From NCBI GenBank assembly GCA_046290225.1, contig JBKAGE010000013.1, forward strand, positions 1-43,815: 43,815 nt of DNA. Reading direction: 5' to 3'. Source of the DNA: Bradymonadia bacterium (lineage in GTDB: Bacteria; Myxococcota_A; Bradymonadia; UBA7976; UBA1532). A program made the position numbers and the translations under genes. The notes beneath the pieces are model-generated. The model was not told the origin of the DNA. It did no database searches and saw only the letters and a program-made list of their open reading frames with translations. Below, one piece after another: positions 9,581-19,122 of this stretch (within the stretch, counting starts at the first letter, position 1; each line of letters starts with the position of its first letter).

Positions 9581-9609
9581 TTGCGCAGTGCAGATCTGCG
9601 CGCTAGGTT
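9581..9609 (+). promoter_or_regulatory. Candidate sigma70 promoter for the tRNA-like element (TTGCGC-17 nt-TAGGTT)
   Basis: 17-nt spacing between partial -35 and -10 matches, followed by a GC-rich discriminator-like stretch, about 40 nt upstream of the cloverleaf. Confidence 0.35.
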
Positions 9610-9647
9610 TCTGCGCACAGGTCTTCGCCATGTGGGCAGCTCACTCA

Positions 9648-9721
9648 AGTCTATTCGTCTAATTGGTAAAGACACCCGGCTCATCATCCAGGAATTGCGG
9701 GTTCAAGTCCCGCATAGCAAC
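9648..9721 (+). tRNA. Non-canonical or pseudo tRNA on a tRNA-Glu-like scaffold with an 8-nt anticodon loop (CT-CATC-AT)
   Basis: D arm GTCT-AATTGGTAA-AGAC; anticodon stem CCCGG/CCAGG (one mismatch); 4-nt variable loop; perfect T arm GCGGG-TTCAAGT-CCCGC; acceptor pairs only at positions 4-7; no encoded CCA. Confidence 0.55.
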
Positions 9722-9797
9722 GTTGTGAGTGTCGGGCGGGCCTGTGCTCATCCTTCATCGGCGGCCGCTTTAGGCCCCGAAGAGCAAGCGCCATCAA

Positions 9798-9825
9798 TCA
9801 GGCGCTATCACTCAGGCGCTATCAC

Positions 9826-9831
<6 letters not shown>
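9798..9831. repeat. 14-bp tandem duplication (TCAGGCGCTATCAC x2 plus a partial copy) at the fbaB stop codon
   Basis: Directly visible. Confidence 0.75.
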
Positions 9832-10878
<1,047 letters not shown>

Positions 10879-11017
10879 GTGTCCCTCCGGGGCCCGATCT
10901 GTCGGGTTTCATTGCGAGATGTCAGTGAGAGCTATCGACTGGAATCTAGAAGAGGTGTAGCCCAAGAACAAGGGGCAGGCCCAGCCTGGGGCGGGGGCGA
11001 TGGGGTGAAGGGGTCGA

Positions 11018-12079
11018 TTACTTGCCGCCCTTGTCCTCGGGGGCCTTCTCGCCGCCCTCTGCTGCGCCGTTCTCCGGAGCAGGCACACCACCATCGGCGG
11101 CGGGGGGCTCGGGCTTCTTGATCTCGAACTTGCCGGCCCGCAGGTCTTCGATCTTGCTGATGATCGCGTCTTCGGGCACGGCCACCTTGATGCGGTACAT
11201 CTTGGGCTTCTTCTCGTCGTCGAAGCCCTGCTCCACGATGCTCACGTCGGAGCGGGAGAAGCCCACCTGGGCGCCTTCGGGCATGTCTTTGCCGGCCACC
11301 TTGAAGGCGAGCTGGCGCAAGCCTGCAGCGGCGTAGGCGATGGCGTTGCTCTGGTTGATCTTCTGGAAGTCCTCGGCCTTGGGATCACCGACGACCTCGA
11401 GCTCGAGGGACACGGTGAACTGCTGGTTCTTCTCGTCGTACAGGCCCTGCTCGATGAGGCCGGCCTTCATCTGTGCGAACTCGCCGTCCATGAAGCCGGA
11501 GCGGAAGGCGAGGAACTTGGCGAGCTCACCTTTCTGCTTGGCGGCACGCTTGTCCTTGCGGGAGATGCGCAGGGTGCCGATCTCTTCGTAGATCTTATGC
11601 GCGTCGCCAGGCTTGCCCTGGCCCATGGCCTTGTTGGCCTTCTTGCCGAGCAGCTCGGCGAGCTGGGCGTTGGCGGCGCTCTTCTTGTTCACCGCGAGGG
11701 CCTCTCGCAGGAACTTCTCCCGGGTGGTGTCGTTCTCGGCGGCGGCGACGAGGGCCATGATGGCCTTCTCGAGCTCCTCGTCGAGGATGGGCTTGCGCTC
11801 TTTGAAATCTTCATTGGCGAGCATGTCGCGCAGCTGCTTGGCCTGGGCCTCGAAGTTACCCCGCTTGCCAAGTACCTGAGCGATGCCCCACTGGGCGGAA
11901 TAGCTGTTGGGGTTGGCCTTGCGCGCGGCCTCGAACAGCTTCTCGGCCTCGTCGAGGTTGTCCTGCATCAGGGCCCGACGACCACGGGGGATGAAGTCTT
12001 TCGATTCATCTTTGCACCCCCACGACAGGGTGAGGAGCAGAAGGGCATAAACAAAGGGTCGCCGTCGCTTGCTGATCAT
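11018..12079 (-). CDS. TPR-like helical repeat lipoprotein
   Basis: Lipobox SWGC; TPR-like LDEAEKLFEAARKANPNSYSAQWGIAQVL. Confidence 0.7.
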   Translation of the reverse strand: MISKRRRPFVYALLLLTLSWGCKDESKDFIPRGRRALMQDNLDEAEKLFEAARKANPNSYSAQWGIAQVLGKRGNFEAQAKQLRDMLANEDFKERKPILDEELEKAIMALVAAAENDTTREKFLREALAVNKKSAANAQLAELLGKKANKAMGQGKPGDAHKIYEEIGTLRISRKDKRAAKQKGELAKFLAFRSGFMDGEFAQMKAGLIEQGLYDEKNQQFTVSLELEVVGDPKAEDFQKINQSNAIAYAAAGLRQLAFKVAGKDMPEGAQVGFSRSDVSIVEQGFDDEKKPKMYRIKVAVPEDAIISKIEDLRAGKFEIKKPEPPAADGGVPAPENGAAEGGEKAPEDKGGK

Positions 12080-12257
12080 GGGGTCCAGTCCGATCGATGG
12101 GGTATGACACCCAGTCCGAGGATTCACGCGTGTAAATGTGTGAATTACGACGGGCTGCAGCCGTGGTCAAGGCTGGCCCTGCGGCAATTACATGTAACTA
12201 CGATTTGAGTGGCGAACGTGTGCTGAAGCTGGGTTCAAGAAGTTGCTATGAGTGTTG

Positions 12258-12316
12258 TGGCTGAGCCCTGGTAGGCAGTCAGAGCGAAGCGATGACTGCC
12301 TACCAGGGCTCAGCCA
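12258..12316. repeat. Perfect 24-bp inverted repeat carrying the GTAGGCAGTC REP-like core
   Basis: TGGCTGAGCCCTGGTAGGCAGTCA (12258-12281) / TGACTGCCTACCAGGGCTCAGCCA (12293-12316) with an 11-nt loop; core shared with 27382-27849. Confidence 0.85.
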
Positions 12317-12334
12317 TCACTCTCAGCCAGCACC

Positions 12335-12823
12335 TCAAGCATCCTCGTCTTCATCCGGACGCCGGGGCTTGACCACGATGATCGAAGGAGAGCTCTCCTG
12401 CCGTGGAGGCACCCCTGGGTGGGTGTGCACGCCTTGAGCGCGTCCGGCGAGTCGCTTCATCGCCCAACGGCCCGCGAGGGCTCGAATCGGGGGCACCAGC
12501 AGCAAGAAGCCCAGGCCGTCACTGATGAACCCCGGTACGATGAGAAAGAGCGCTGCCACGACCAGTAGAGGCCCTTCGAGCAAGTCCGCCTCGTTGAGGC
12601 CCCCCATCATCATGTTCGGGTTCATCCCGCGGCCCATGCCCATGGACTGCATGCGTTGGAGCGTCTCTGCCCCCTGAACACGGGCGAAGTACATGCCCAC
12701 CATGGCGGTGAAGATCACCAGCGCCACAGCTTCGAAGCCGCCGATGTGATCACCCACCTCGAGCAAGATGCTCAGCTCGAGGGCGCCGAAGGCCACAAGG
12801 CCGATGAAGATGACACCGCACAT
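12335..12823 (-). CDS. fxsA: FxsA family membrane protein
   Basis: ELSILLEVG and LFLIVPGFISDGLGFLLLVPP motifs. Confidence 0.85.
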   Translation of the reverse strand: MCGVIFIGLVAFGALELSILLEVGDHIGGFEAVALVIFTAMVGMYFARVQGAETLQRMQSMGMGRGMNPNMMMGGLNEADLLEGPLLVVAALFLIVPGFISDGLGFLLLVPPIRALAGRWAMKRLAGRAQGVHTHPGVPPRQESSPSIIVVKPRRPDEDEDA

Positions 12824-12829
12824 GTGAGA

Positions 12830-13855
12830 TCAGGGGAACAGGGCAGTGTGCTCGAGACCTTCAGTCTCGGGCCGCCCTGCCATGAGGTTGAGACACTGCA
12901 GGCCCTGGCCAGCGGCCCCCTTCACGAGGTTGTCGATGACCGACTGCACCACGAGCAGATCACCTTGAGGGAACAGTCCGATGTGACAGCGGTTGCTGCC
13001 ACGCACGTGACGTGTCTCGGGGTGATGCCCTTCGGGGAGCACCGTGACGAAGGGTTCATCGCCGTAGGCCTCGTCGTAGATCGCCCTGATCTGCTCTTCA
13101 GAGATGCCATCTTGAAGAGGCAGATAGAGCGTCGACAAGATGCCGCGGCTCATGGGCACGAGGTGGGGTACGAAACGCACCGTGTGGCCCAGGATCATCC
13201 CCATTTCCGGGGCGTGGCGATGGCTCAGGGTCTTGTAGGCCTTGATGCCCTCGCTCGTCTCGGGGAAGTGGGTGTTCGCCGTGGGGTTCCGGCCTGCGCC
13301 GGTGACCCCCGATTTGCAGTCGGCGATGATCTGCGCCCCTGCTGAGAGCAAGCCAGCGCGCACCGCGGGCATGGCCCCAAGGATGACGCTCGTGGGGTAG
13401 CACCCCGCGCAGCCCACGAGTTCAGCCGTGGCGATGGCGTCCCGGTTCAGCTCGGGCACCCCATAGACGGTCTGTGCCAGCGATTCCGGGTGGGCATGTG
13501 GCCCATAGACTTCGGCGAAGAGATCAGCATCAGAGAAGCGATGATCTGCGCTGAGGTCGATCACCCGCACGCCACGATCGAGCAGAGCCCGTGCAGCTTC
13601 CTGGGCGGTCCCGTGGGGCACCGCCAGGATGGCGAAGTCGGCTTCGCTGGCCACCTGATCGGCATCGAAGGGCACCAGATCTGGCATCTGCACGCCGTGG
13701 AACGCCGGCATGACCTCAGAAAGGGCCTTGCCCGCCTGACGACCTGCGCAGAGCAGGGCCAGGTGTACGTGAGGGTGCTGGCGGATGAGACGCAGGGCCT
13801 CGGCCCCGGTGTAACCGCTGGCCCCGACGAGGGCCACGGAGACGTGGTCGGCCAT
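12830..13855 (-). CDS. argC: N-acetyl-gamma-glutamyl-phosphate reductase
   Basis: GASGYTG, IDLSADHR, GCYPT, SGVTGAGR and IDNLVKGAAGQ motifs. Confidence 0.97.
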   Translation of the reverse strand: MADHVSVALVGASGYTGAEALRLIRQHPHVHLALLCAGRQAGKALSEVMPAFHGVQMPDLVPFDADQVASEADFAILAVPHGTAQEAARALLDRGVRVIDLSADHRFSDADLFAEVYGPHAHPESLAQTVYGVPELNRDAIATAELVGCAGCYPTSVILGAMPAVRAGLLSAGAQIIADCKSGVTGAGRNPTANTHFPETSEGIKAYKTLSHRHAPEMGMILGHTVRFVPHLVPMSRGILSTLYLPLQDGISEEQIRAIYDEAYGDEPFVTVLPEGHHPETRHVRGSNRCHIGLFPQGDLLVVQSVIDNLVKGAAGQGLQCLNLMAGRPETEGLEHTALFP

Positions 13856-13933
13856 AGATGAGACCCTTGCTGAGGGAGGGGATGTGCGGCGCGCCCGGGG
13901 CGCGCCTGCGCCGTACAGATCGGCGCTGGAGGA

Positions 13934-14332
13934 TCAGCGCTTGCTGAACTGGAAGCGCTTACGGGCGCCGGGCTGACCGTACTTCTTACGCTCCACCTTA
14001 CGGGCGTCGCGGGTGACGAAGCCGGCCCGCTTGAGGGCGGGGCGCAGCTCGGGGTCGAACTCCATCAGAGCGCGGGTGATGCCGTGACGCACAGCGCCGG
14101 CCTGGCCGGTCTGGCCGCCGCCGCTCACGTTCACGATCACGTCGAACTTCTCGAGGTTCTCGGTGAGCTCGAGGGGGCTCAGGGCCAGCATGCGGGTGAT
14201 GGCGCGGGGGAAGTAGTTTTCGATGGCGCGCTTGTTGATGATCACCTTGCCCTCGCCGGGGCGAAGGTAAACGCGGGCCACGGAGGTCTTGCGGCGACCG
14301 GTGCCGTAGTACTGCTCAGGTTGCTCGAACAT
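13934..14332 (-). CDS. rpsI: 30S ribosomal protein S9
   Basis: [13 protein letters not shown] ... [19 protein letters not shown]. Confidence 0.99.
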   Translation of the reverse strand: MFEQPEQYYGTGRRKTSVARVYLRPGEGKVIINKRAIENYFPRAITRMLALSPLELTENLEKFDVIVNVSGGGQTGQAGAVRHGITRALMEFDPELRPALKRAGFVTRDARKVERKKYGQPGARKRFQFSKR

Positions 14333-14501
14333 GTTCTCTTCTTTCTGGGGCTGGTCGCGCCGGGTCTCAATCGAGACCGTTTTGAACCCCGAAGGGTGGT
14401 TGTCTATTGGGCGCGATCAGAGTCTTACATAAAGTTTTCGCGTCTACTCTTCCTGGGCGCATGCGCTCAGGGTGTTCTCGAGCGCGCAAGCGCGCTCAGC
14501 C

Positions 14502-14969
14502 TCAGCTGGCCTTGTTCAGCACGGTGCCCAGATCGAGCACGGTGGGCTGCTGAGCGCTGTGGGGGTGCTCCCCGCCGGCGTAGATCTTGAGCTTGCGCAG
14601 CTGGGCGCGACCGAGAGGACCGCGGGGCAGCATGCCCTTCACGGCCTTGCGGATGAGCTCGTCGGGGTGACGGGCCAGCAGCTTCTCGGCGTTGGTCTCC
14701 TTGATGCCGCCTACAAAGCCGGTGTGCTTGTAGTACATCTTGTCCTGGAGCTTGTTGCCGGTGAGCTTCACCTTCTCGGCGTTGATGATGACCACGAAGT
14801 CGCCGTCATCAATGTGCGGGGTGAAGGTGGGCTTGTGCTTGCCACGGAGCACGTGGGCAATCTTCGAAGCGGCGCGCCCGAGGGTCTGGCCCTCGAGGTC
14901 CACGACGAACCACTTGGCGTTCGCCTGAGCGTCGGCCACGGAGGTGGACCGGGTCACTTGGGTCAACAT
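14502..14969 (-). CDS. rplM: 50S ribosomal protein L13
   Basis: [25 protein letters not shown] and [20 protein letters not shown] 14969 chosen as start. Confidence 0.99.
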   Translation of the reverse strand: MLTQVTRSTSVADAQANAKWFVVDLEGQTLGRAASKIAHVLRGKHKPTFTPHIDDGDFVVIINAEKVKLTGNKLQDKMYYKHTGFVGGIKETNAEKLLARHPDELIRKAVKGMLPRGPLGRAQLRKLKIYAGGEHPHSAQQPTVLDLGTVLNKAS

Positions 14970-15160
14970 TGCAGTACTCTCATCCGGCGCAAAGCTTGAT
15001 AAAAATTTGGCCGTTGGCCTGAACCGCACGACACTGCACTGCTGGCGCCGGGGTCAGCAGGGCCGAAGGGTTTTAGCTCTCAAAGGGCCTGAGATCAAGT
15101 GATTCGTCACTGAGCAGGGTGTATGTTCACCGCATCAGGTCACCCCAAGGAGCCCCCCTC

Positions 15161-16372
15161 ATGGCCACCCGCGTGCTCATCGCCGACAAGTTGCCCCCCG
15201 CCGCCCGGACCCGGCTGCAGTCTGCCGGATTCGAGGTCCAGGCCGACGCCAGCCTGAAAGACGAGAGCCTGCTCGAGGCCCTGAAGGGGTTTCAGCCTGC
15301 AGCGCTTATCGTGCGCTCGACCAAGGTGACCGCAGCGCACGTCGAGGCTGCCTCCGAGCTACAGCTGGTGGTGCGGGCCGGCGCCGGGGTGAACACCATC
15401 GATCTCGATGCAGCCTCGAGCCGCGGGGTGTATGTGAGCAACTGCCCGGGCATGAACGCCGTCGCTGTGGCTGAGCTGGCCTGGGGCCACATCATCAACG
15501 CGGACCGTCAGATCGCCGACAACGTCTCTGATTTGAGACAGGGGCAATGGCGGAAGAAGACCTACGGCAAGGCGGGCCGCGGCCTGAAGGGGCGCACCCT
15601 CGGCGTGGTGGGGTGTGGCGCCATCGGCAAGGCGGTCATCGCCCGGGCTCTGGCCTTCGAGATGGACGTGTTCGCATGGTCCCCGAGCTTGACCCCGAAG
15701 AAGGCCAAGCGGCTGGGTGTTCGATACGCCGACGATGCCGTGGAGGTGGCGCGACAGGCCGACGTGCTCACGGTGCATGTGGCGCTGACGCCGGCGACTC
15801 GGGGCTTCATCGGCGAGGCCATCTTTGAAGCCATGCGACCCGGTAGCATCTTGATCAATACCACCCGAGGCGAGGTCCTCGACGAGGCGGCTCTGGCCAG
15901 GGCAGTACGAGAGAAGGGGATCCGGGCGGGCCTCGACGTGTTCTGTGGTGAGCCCTCATCGGATGGCGAATGGCGGACCCCCCTCGCCGACATGCCCGGG
16001 GTATACGGCACCCATCACATCGCCGCCTCGACCCTGCAGGCTCAAGAAGCGGTCGCCGACGAGGCCTGTAGGGTGGTGGAGCAGTGGCAGAGCACCGGTC
16101 AGGCGCCCAACTGTGTCAACCTCGCCCGGGTGACCCCCGCCACCCACATGCTGGTGGTGCGGCACGCCGACGAGGTGGGGGTGCTCGCCCACGTGCTCGG
16201 GGCCCTGAGCGCTGCACAGATCAACGTGCAGCAGATGGAGAACATCATCTTCTCAGGTGACGAAGGCGCTGCGTGCGCCCGTGTTCAGGTGGAGGGCCAC
16301 CCGGGCGAGACGCTCGTGTCGGAGATCAAGGGTCACCCCCACGTGCTCGATGTCGGTGTCGTGGAGATTTGA
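15161..16372 (+). CDS. serA: D-3-phosphoglycerate dehydrogenase-like protein with a C-terminal ACT domain
   Basis: RAGAGVNTID, GVVGCGAIG, INTTRG and HHIAASTLQAQ motifs plus an ACT-like C-terminus; AAGGAG RBS. Confidence 0.8.
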   Translation: MATRVLIADKLPPAARTRLQSAGFEVQADASLKDESLLEALKGFQPAALIVRSTKVTAAHVEAASELQLVVRAGAGVNTIDLDAASSRGVYVSNCPGMNAVAVAELAWGHIINADRQIADNVSDLRQGQWRKKTYGKAGRGLKGRTLGVVGCGAIGKAVIARALAFEMDVFAWSPSLTPKKAKRLGVRYADDAVEVARQADVLTVHVALTPATRGFIGEAIFEAMRPGSILINTTRGEVLDEAALARAVREKGIRAGLDVFCGEPSSDGEWRTPLADMPGVYGTHHIAASTLQAQEAVADEACRVVEQWQSTGQAPNCVNLARVTPATHMLVVRHADEVGVLAHVLGALSAAQINVQQMENIIFSGDEGAACARVQVEGHPGETLVSEIKGHPHVLDVGVVEI

Positions 16373-16382
16373 TCGTGCGCCG

Positions 16383-17123
16383 CTACAGCGTGCCCCATCG
16401 GCTGTCGCCGTAAGCCAGAGCCCGCCAGCCTGCCCGGTGAAAGGGCTGCCAGTCGTCCGCAGGCTGCGCCAGTCGATCAGCGATGGCGAAGTGGGCCAGC
16501 GGGTGACCACACAGACCACCATGGCTGCTGTAGATGCCGATGTTGTCGGTGAGTGGGGTTTGGCATTCCACGCACTCACGCCAGTCCACGAGCCCGTCGG
16601 TTTTGCTGTAGATGGCCGTGCTGGGCACCGGCGGTGGCGTGAGCAGCCGGGTGCGTTTGCGATCGTCCTGAGGTGAAAACCCCTTGCCGGTGACGAGCTG
16701 TACGAGGCGCTCGATGTTGGTGCCGTTGCTGCCGCCGAAGGGGCTGCCCAGAGAGATCACCTGTCGCACCTGCTCTGGGGCCTTCCGGGCCATCTCCCGA
16801 GCGAAGATGCCACCGAGGCTCCAGCCCACGATGCTCACGGGGCCGCTGGCATCGTGGAGGGCGTGCAGCGTGCGCATGAGGTGCTGCACCACGTGAGGGC
16901 GCATGCCGCGGTTGAGCCCGAGCCCCCAGCCACGCACACCGTATCCAAGACCCTTGAGGCGCCAGCGCAGTGGCAGGGTGGCGCTGTCACCTGTGCCGAG
17001 GCCCGGGATCACCAGCACCTGGTGTCTGTCACCTCGGGGGAGCAAGGGCATGGGGCTGAACCCCGCGACCCATTCTCCGGGGGCCCGGATCTCACCGAGC
17101 AGGCTGAGGAGAGGCTGGCTCAC
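16383..17123 (-). CDS. Alpha/beta hydrolase (esterase/lipase-like)
   Basis: GWSLGG nucleophile elbow and YSKTDGLV. Confidence 0.85.
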   Translation of the reverse strand: MSQPLLSLLGEIRAPGEWVAGFSPMPLLPRGDRHQVLVIPGLGTGDSATLPLRWRLKGLGYGVRGWGLGLNRGMRPHVVQHLMRTLHALHDASGPVSIVGWSLGGIFAREMARKAPEQVRQVISLGSPFGGSNGTNIERLVQLVTGKGFSPQDDRKRTRLLTPPPVPSTAIYSKTDGLVDWRECVECQTPLTDNIGIYSSHGGLCGHPLAHFAIADRLAQPADDWQPFHRAGWRALAYGDSRWGTL

Positions 17124-17497
17124 GGCTGGGCGACGACCTCGGCGGGGATGCAGGGGGCGCTGCCGCCGCCCTGGAAGATGACGTTGACGCAGGTCTCGCC
17201 AGGCTGCACAGCGATGAAGACGATTTCGCCGGGGGTCTGAGTGGGCTCTGCGTCGAGGATGCCTGGATCATCAGGCTCGAGCCCCACGGCCTCACCCTCT
17301 TCGTCGATGGCCTGCACACGGACGACGACGCCCTCGGGGATCTCGATGGCGACGCGGCTGATCTCCACATCTATGGGCGGTGTGCTGGAGAGCGTGATCT
17401 CGTATGCAGGGGCATCACTGCCGCCACCTCCGCCACCGCCACAGGCGACGAGGGGGGCGAGCGCTGTGAAGAGCATCCATTTGGTGTACTTCGACAT
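17120..17497 (-). CDS. Small hypothetical lipoprotein
   Basis: AAGGGG RBS; lipobox LVAC followed by a Gly linker; stop overlaps the hydrolase start. Confidence 0.7.
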   Translation of the reverse strand: MSKYTKWMLFTALAPLVACGGGGGGGSDAPAYEITLSSTPPIDVEISRVAIEIPEGVVVRVQAIDEEGEAVGLEPDDPGILDAEPTQTPGEIVFIAVQPGETCVNVIFQGGGSAPCIPAEVVAQP

Positions 17498-17508
17498 GTC
17501 GTTCCCCT

Positions 17509-18177
17509 TCAGTCGGTCACGGTGAGTGGCAGCTCGAAGAGCTGCCCCTCGACCTCGATGGACACGGTGGACTCCCCAGCGGCCTTGGGGGTGATGGTCA
17601 CCTGCCCATGGCCTTCGTCCTCGCTCAGCTCGGCCACCGCCGGGTGCTCGATGGACCATGTGTAGCTCAGGGCGCCGCTGAGTCTGATCTGCCGTGCGTC
17701 AACCACCCGGGCCCACAGCTCGCTCGCTGCGCCGGTCTTGAGGTCGAGCGTACGTTGCCGCTCACCGGTCTCGTCAAAGACGACGACGTCGGCGATGGGT
17801 TGCACATCGAGGTGGATGAAGTCGACGACTTCGCCAAAGGCCCGGGCGACGAAGGCGATCTGCCCCGCCTTGACGAGCTTGAACTGTCCGTTGCCCTGAG
17901 ACTCGGCGAAGTCGGGGGAAGCCGGGGCGACGCCGGCAGTGGATCCTTCGTTGGCGTCATAGTCGAGGATCATGGTGCTGCCCACGGCCATGTGCTCTGG
18001 GAAGGCGGTGGGATCGGTATACGGATCACACTGCAAATCAGCGGCGGCGGTGGCGCACCGATAGGTGAACACGCCCTTGCCGAGCTCGCCCTCTTGTTGT
18101 TGCTCTACGGGGCCACATCCCCACGACGCACCGAGCAAGGCTGATGCGATCAGCCACTTGAACATCTTCACGTGCAT
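17509..18177 (-). CDS. Hypothetical lipoprotein with an Ig-like beta-rich C-terminus
   Basis: GGAGG RBS; lipobox SWGC; YTWSIEHPAVAEL..VTITPKAAGESTVSI resembles bacterial Ig-like domains. Confidence 0.7.
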   Translation of the reverse strand: MHVKMFKWLIASALLGASWGCGPVEQQQEGELGKGVFTYRCATAAADLQCDPYTDPTAFPEHMAVGSTMILDYDANEGSTAGVAPASPDFAESQGNGQFKLVKAGQIAFVARAFGEVVDFIHLDVQPIADVVVFDETGERQRTLDLKTGAASELWARVVDARQIRLSGALSYTWSIEHPAVAELSEDEGHGQVTITPKAAGESTVSIEVEGQLFELPLTVTD

Positions 18178-18345
18178 GCCTCCACGACTCGCCGACGCAC
18201 TGTACCAACGATGAGGTCATCGCGGCGCCACAGTGATCGGTGATCATCCATCACAAATCCAGGGGGATGATGTCGACAGACCAGAGGCTGGATCAAAAGC
18301 GGTTGTAGAGGCGGCGTGTGTACGTGGCACATTGTGCCGCTCGAT

Positions 18346-18573
18346 TTACCCCAATGACCACTTCTGGCTGCCTGCGGAGACTGTCGTGTCATCCAGCCAG
18401 CTCAATGCCTTCAACGTCTTGCCTTTGTCGAGCTTCAGACGATTTGCTTTGCCGGTGTCGAGCTGCCAGACGATGACCTGTTCGGATTTGAGGGTGCGCT
18501 TCGACAGGTTGCGCCCTGCGTGGGCTGCGGCGGTGAGGCTGCTGCTCTTTGGTGACTCGCTGGCGCTCGCAGA
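18346..18573 (-). pseudogene. 5'-truncated gene remnant (...SEQVIVWQLDTGKANRLKLDKGKTLKALSWLDDTTVSAGSQKWSLG*), beta-propeller-like C-terminus
   Basis: 76-codon frame bounded by stops, with no ATG/GTG start and therefore absent from the ORF track; protein-like sequence; 5' edge abuts a (GGGCAC)n repeat. Confidence 0.45.
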
Positions 18574-18582
18574 TCAGTTTTC

Positions 18583-18612
18583 GGGCAAGGGCACGGGCAC
18601 GGGCACGGGCAC
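18583..18612. repeat. Hexamer microsatellite GGGCAA(GGGCAC)4
   Basis: Directly visible; a similar unit with nearly the same 5' flank occurs at 43721-43742. Confidence 0.85.
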
Positions 18613-19008
18613 GAGTTGACACACACCTGGACCCGTGGCCTGTCCTGGATTCAGGACCAGGGTTGTTGTTGAAGCTGAAGTGAGGGTGGGAGCAGATTGA
18701 ATGTGATGGAGGAGGGGTTAGCTGTCTCGAATGTTGAGGTGGTATGTGTGTGGTAGGGCTCGCAAGCACAGCAACCCATGCTGTCCGAACAACCAACAAC
18801 GCCACCCCACAAAGTTGGAGTGAACGTATGCACGTGCCCTGCGGAGACGCGGAGGTGGTGGCAGTCGTCGTGATGCTGGTGAGTTTGCGTGCAGACGCGG
18901 GTTTTCACCCACAGAGGTAGCAGCGCTACCTCGAGGACGGAAAAGTCGCGGCTGTGCGTGAAATCGCCGACGTCACGGCGGCTGACGCCGCCGCAGCGTC
19001 GGAGCCCG

Positions 19009-19029
19009 AAAAAAAACCCCCAGCGGGGT
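19009..19029 (-). terminator. Intrinsic terminator-like hairpin (minus strand ACCCC-GCTG-GGGGT followed by a U run) downstream of the RHH gene
   Basis: A8 run at 19009-19016 next to a 5-bp stem. Confidence 0.45.
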
Positions 19030-19122
19030 GGCGCGGCAACCCCTCACCGCAACGCCACCCCGCTGTGATTGCCCCGACAAGCCGGCAGACCCGTCGTGGC
19101 AATCAGACCGATCAGGTGTGAT

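Noticed and set aside
8385..9662. 425-aa plus-strand ORF
   Set aside because: Antisense shadow of two well-supported minus-strand genes; such shadows are expected in high-GC DNA and it has no motifs
9648..9721. Call as a standard tRNA-Met(CAT)
   Set aside because: Forcing a 7-nt CT-CAT-CA loop breaks two anticodon-stem pairs and the scaffold is Glu-like; reported as non-canonical instead
18233..18805. ORF-track entries 18233-18619 (+) and 18389-18805 (-)
   Set aside because: They run through the microsatellite with non-protein-like composition; the third, start-less minus frame is the more credible coding remnant
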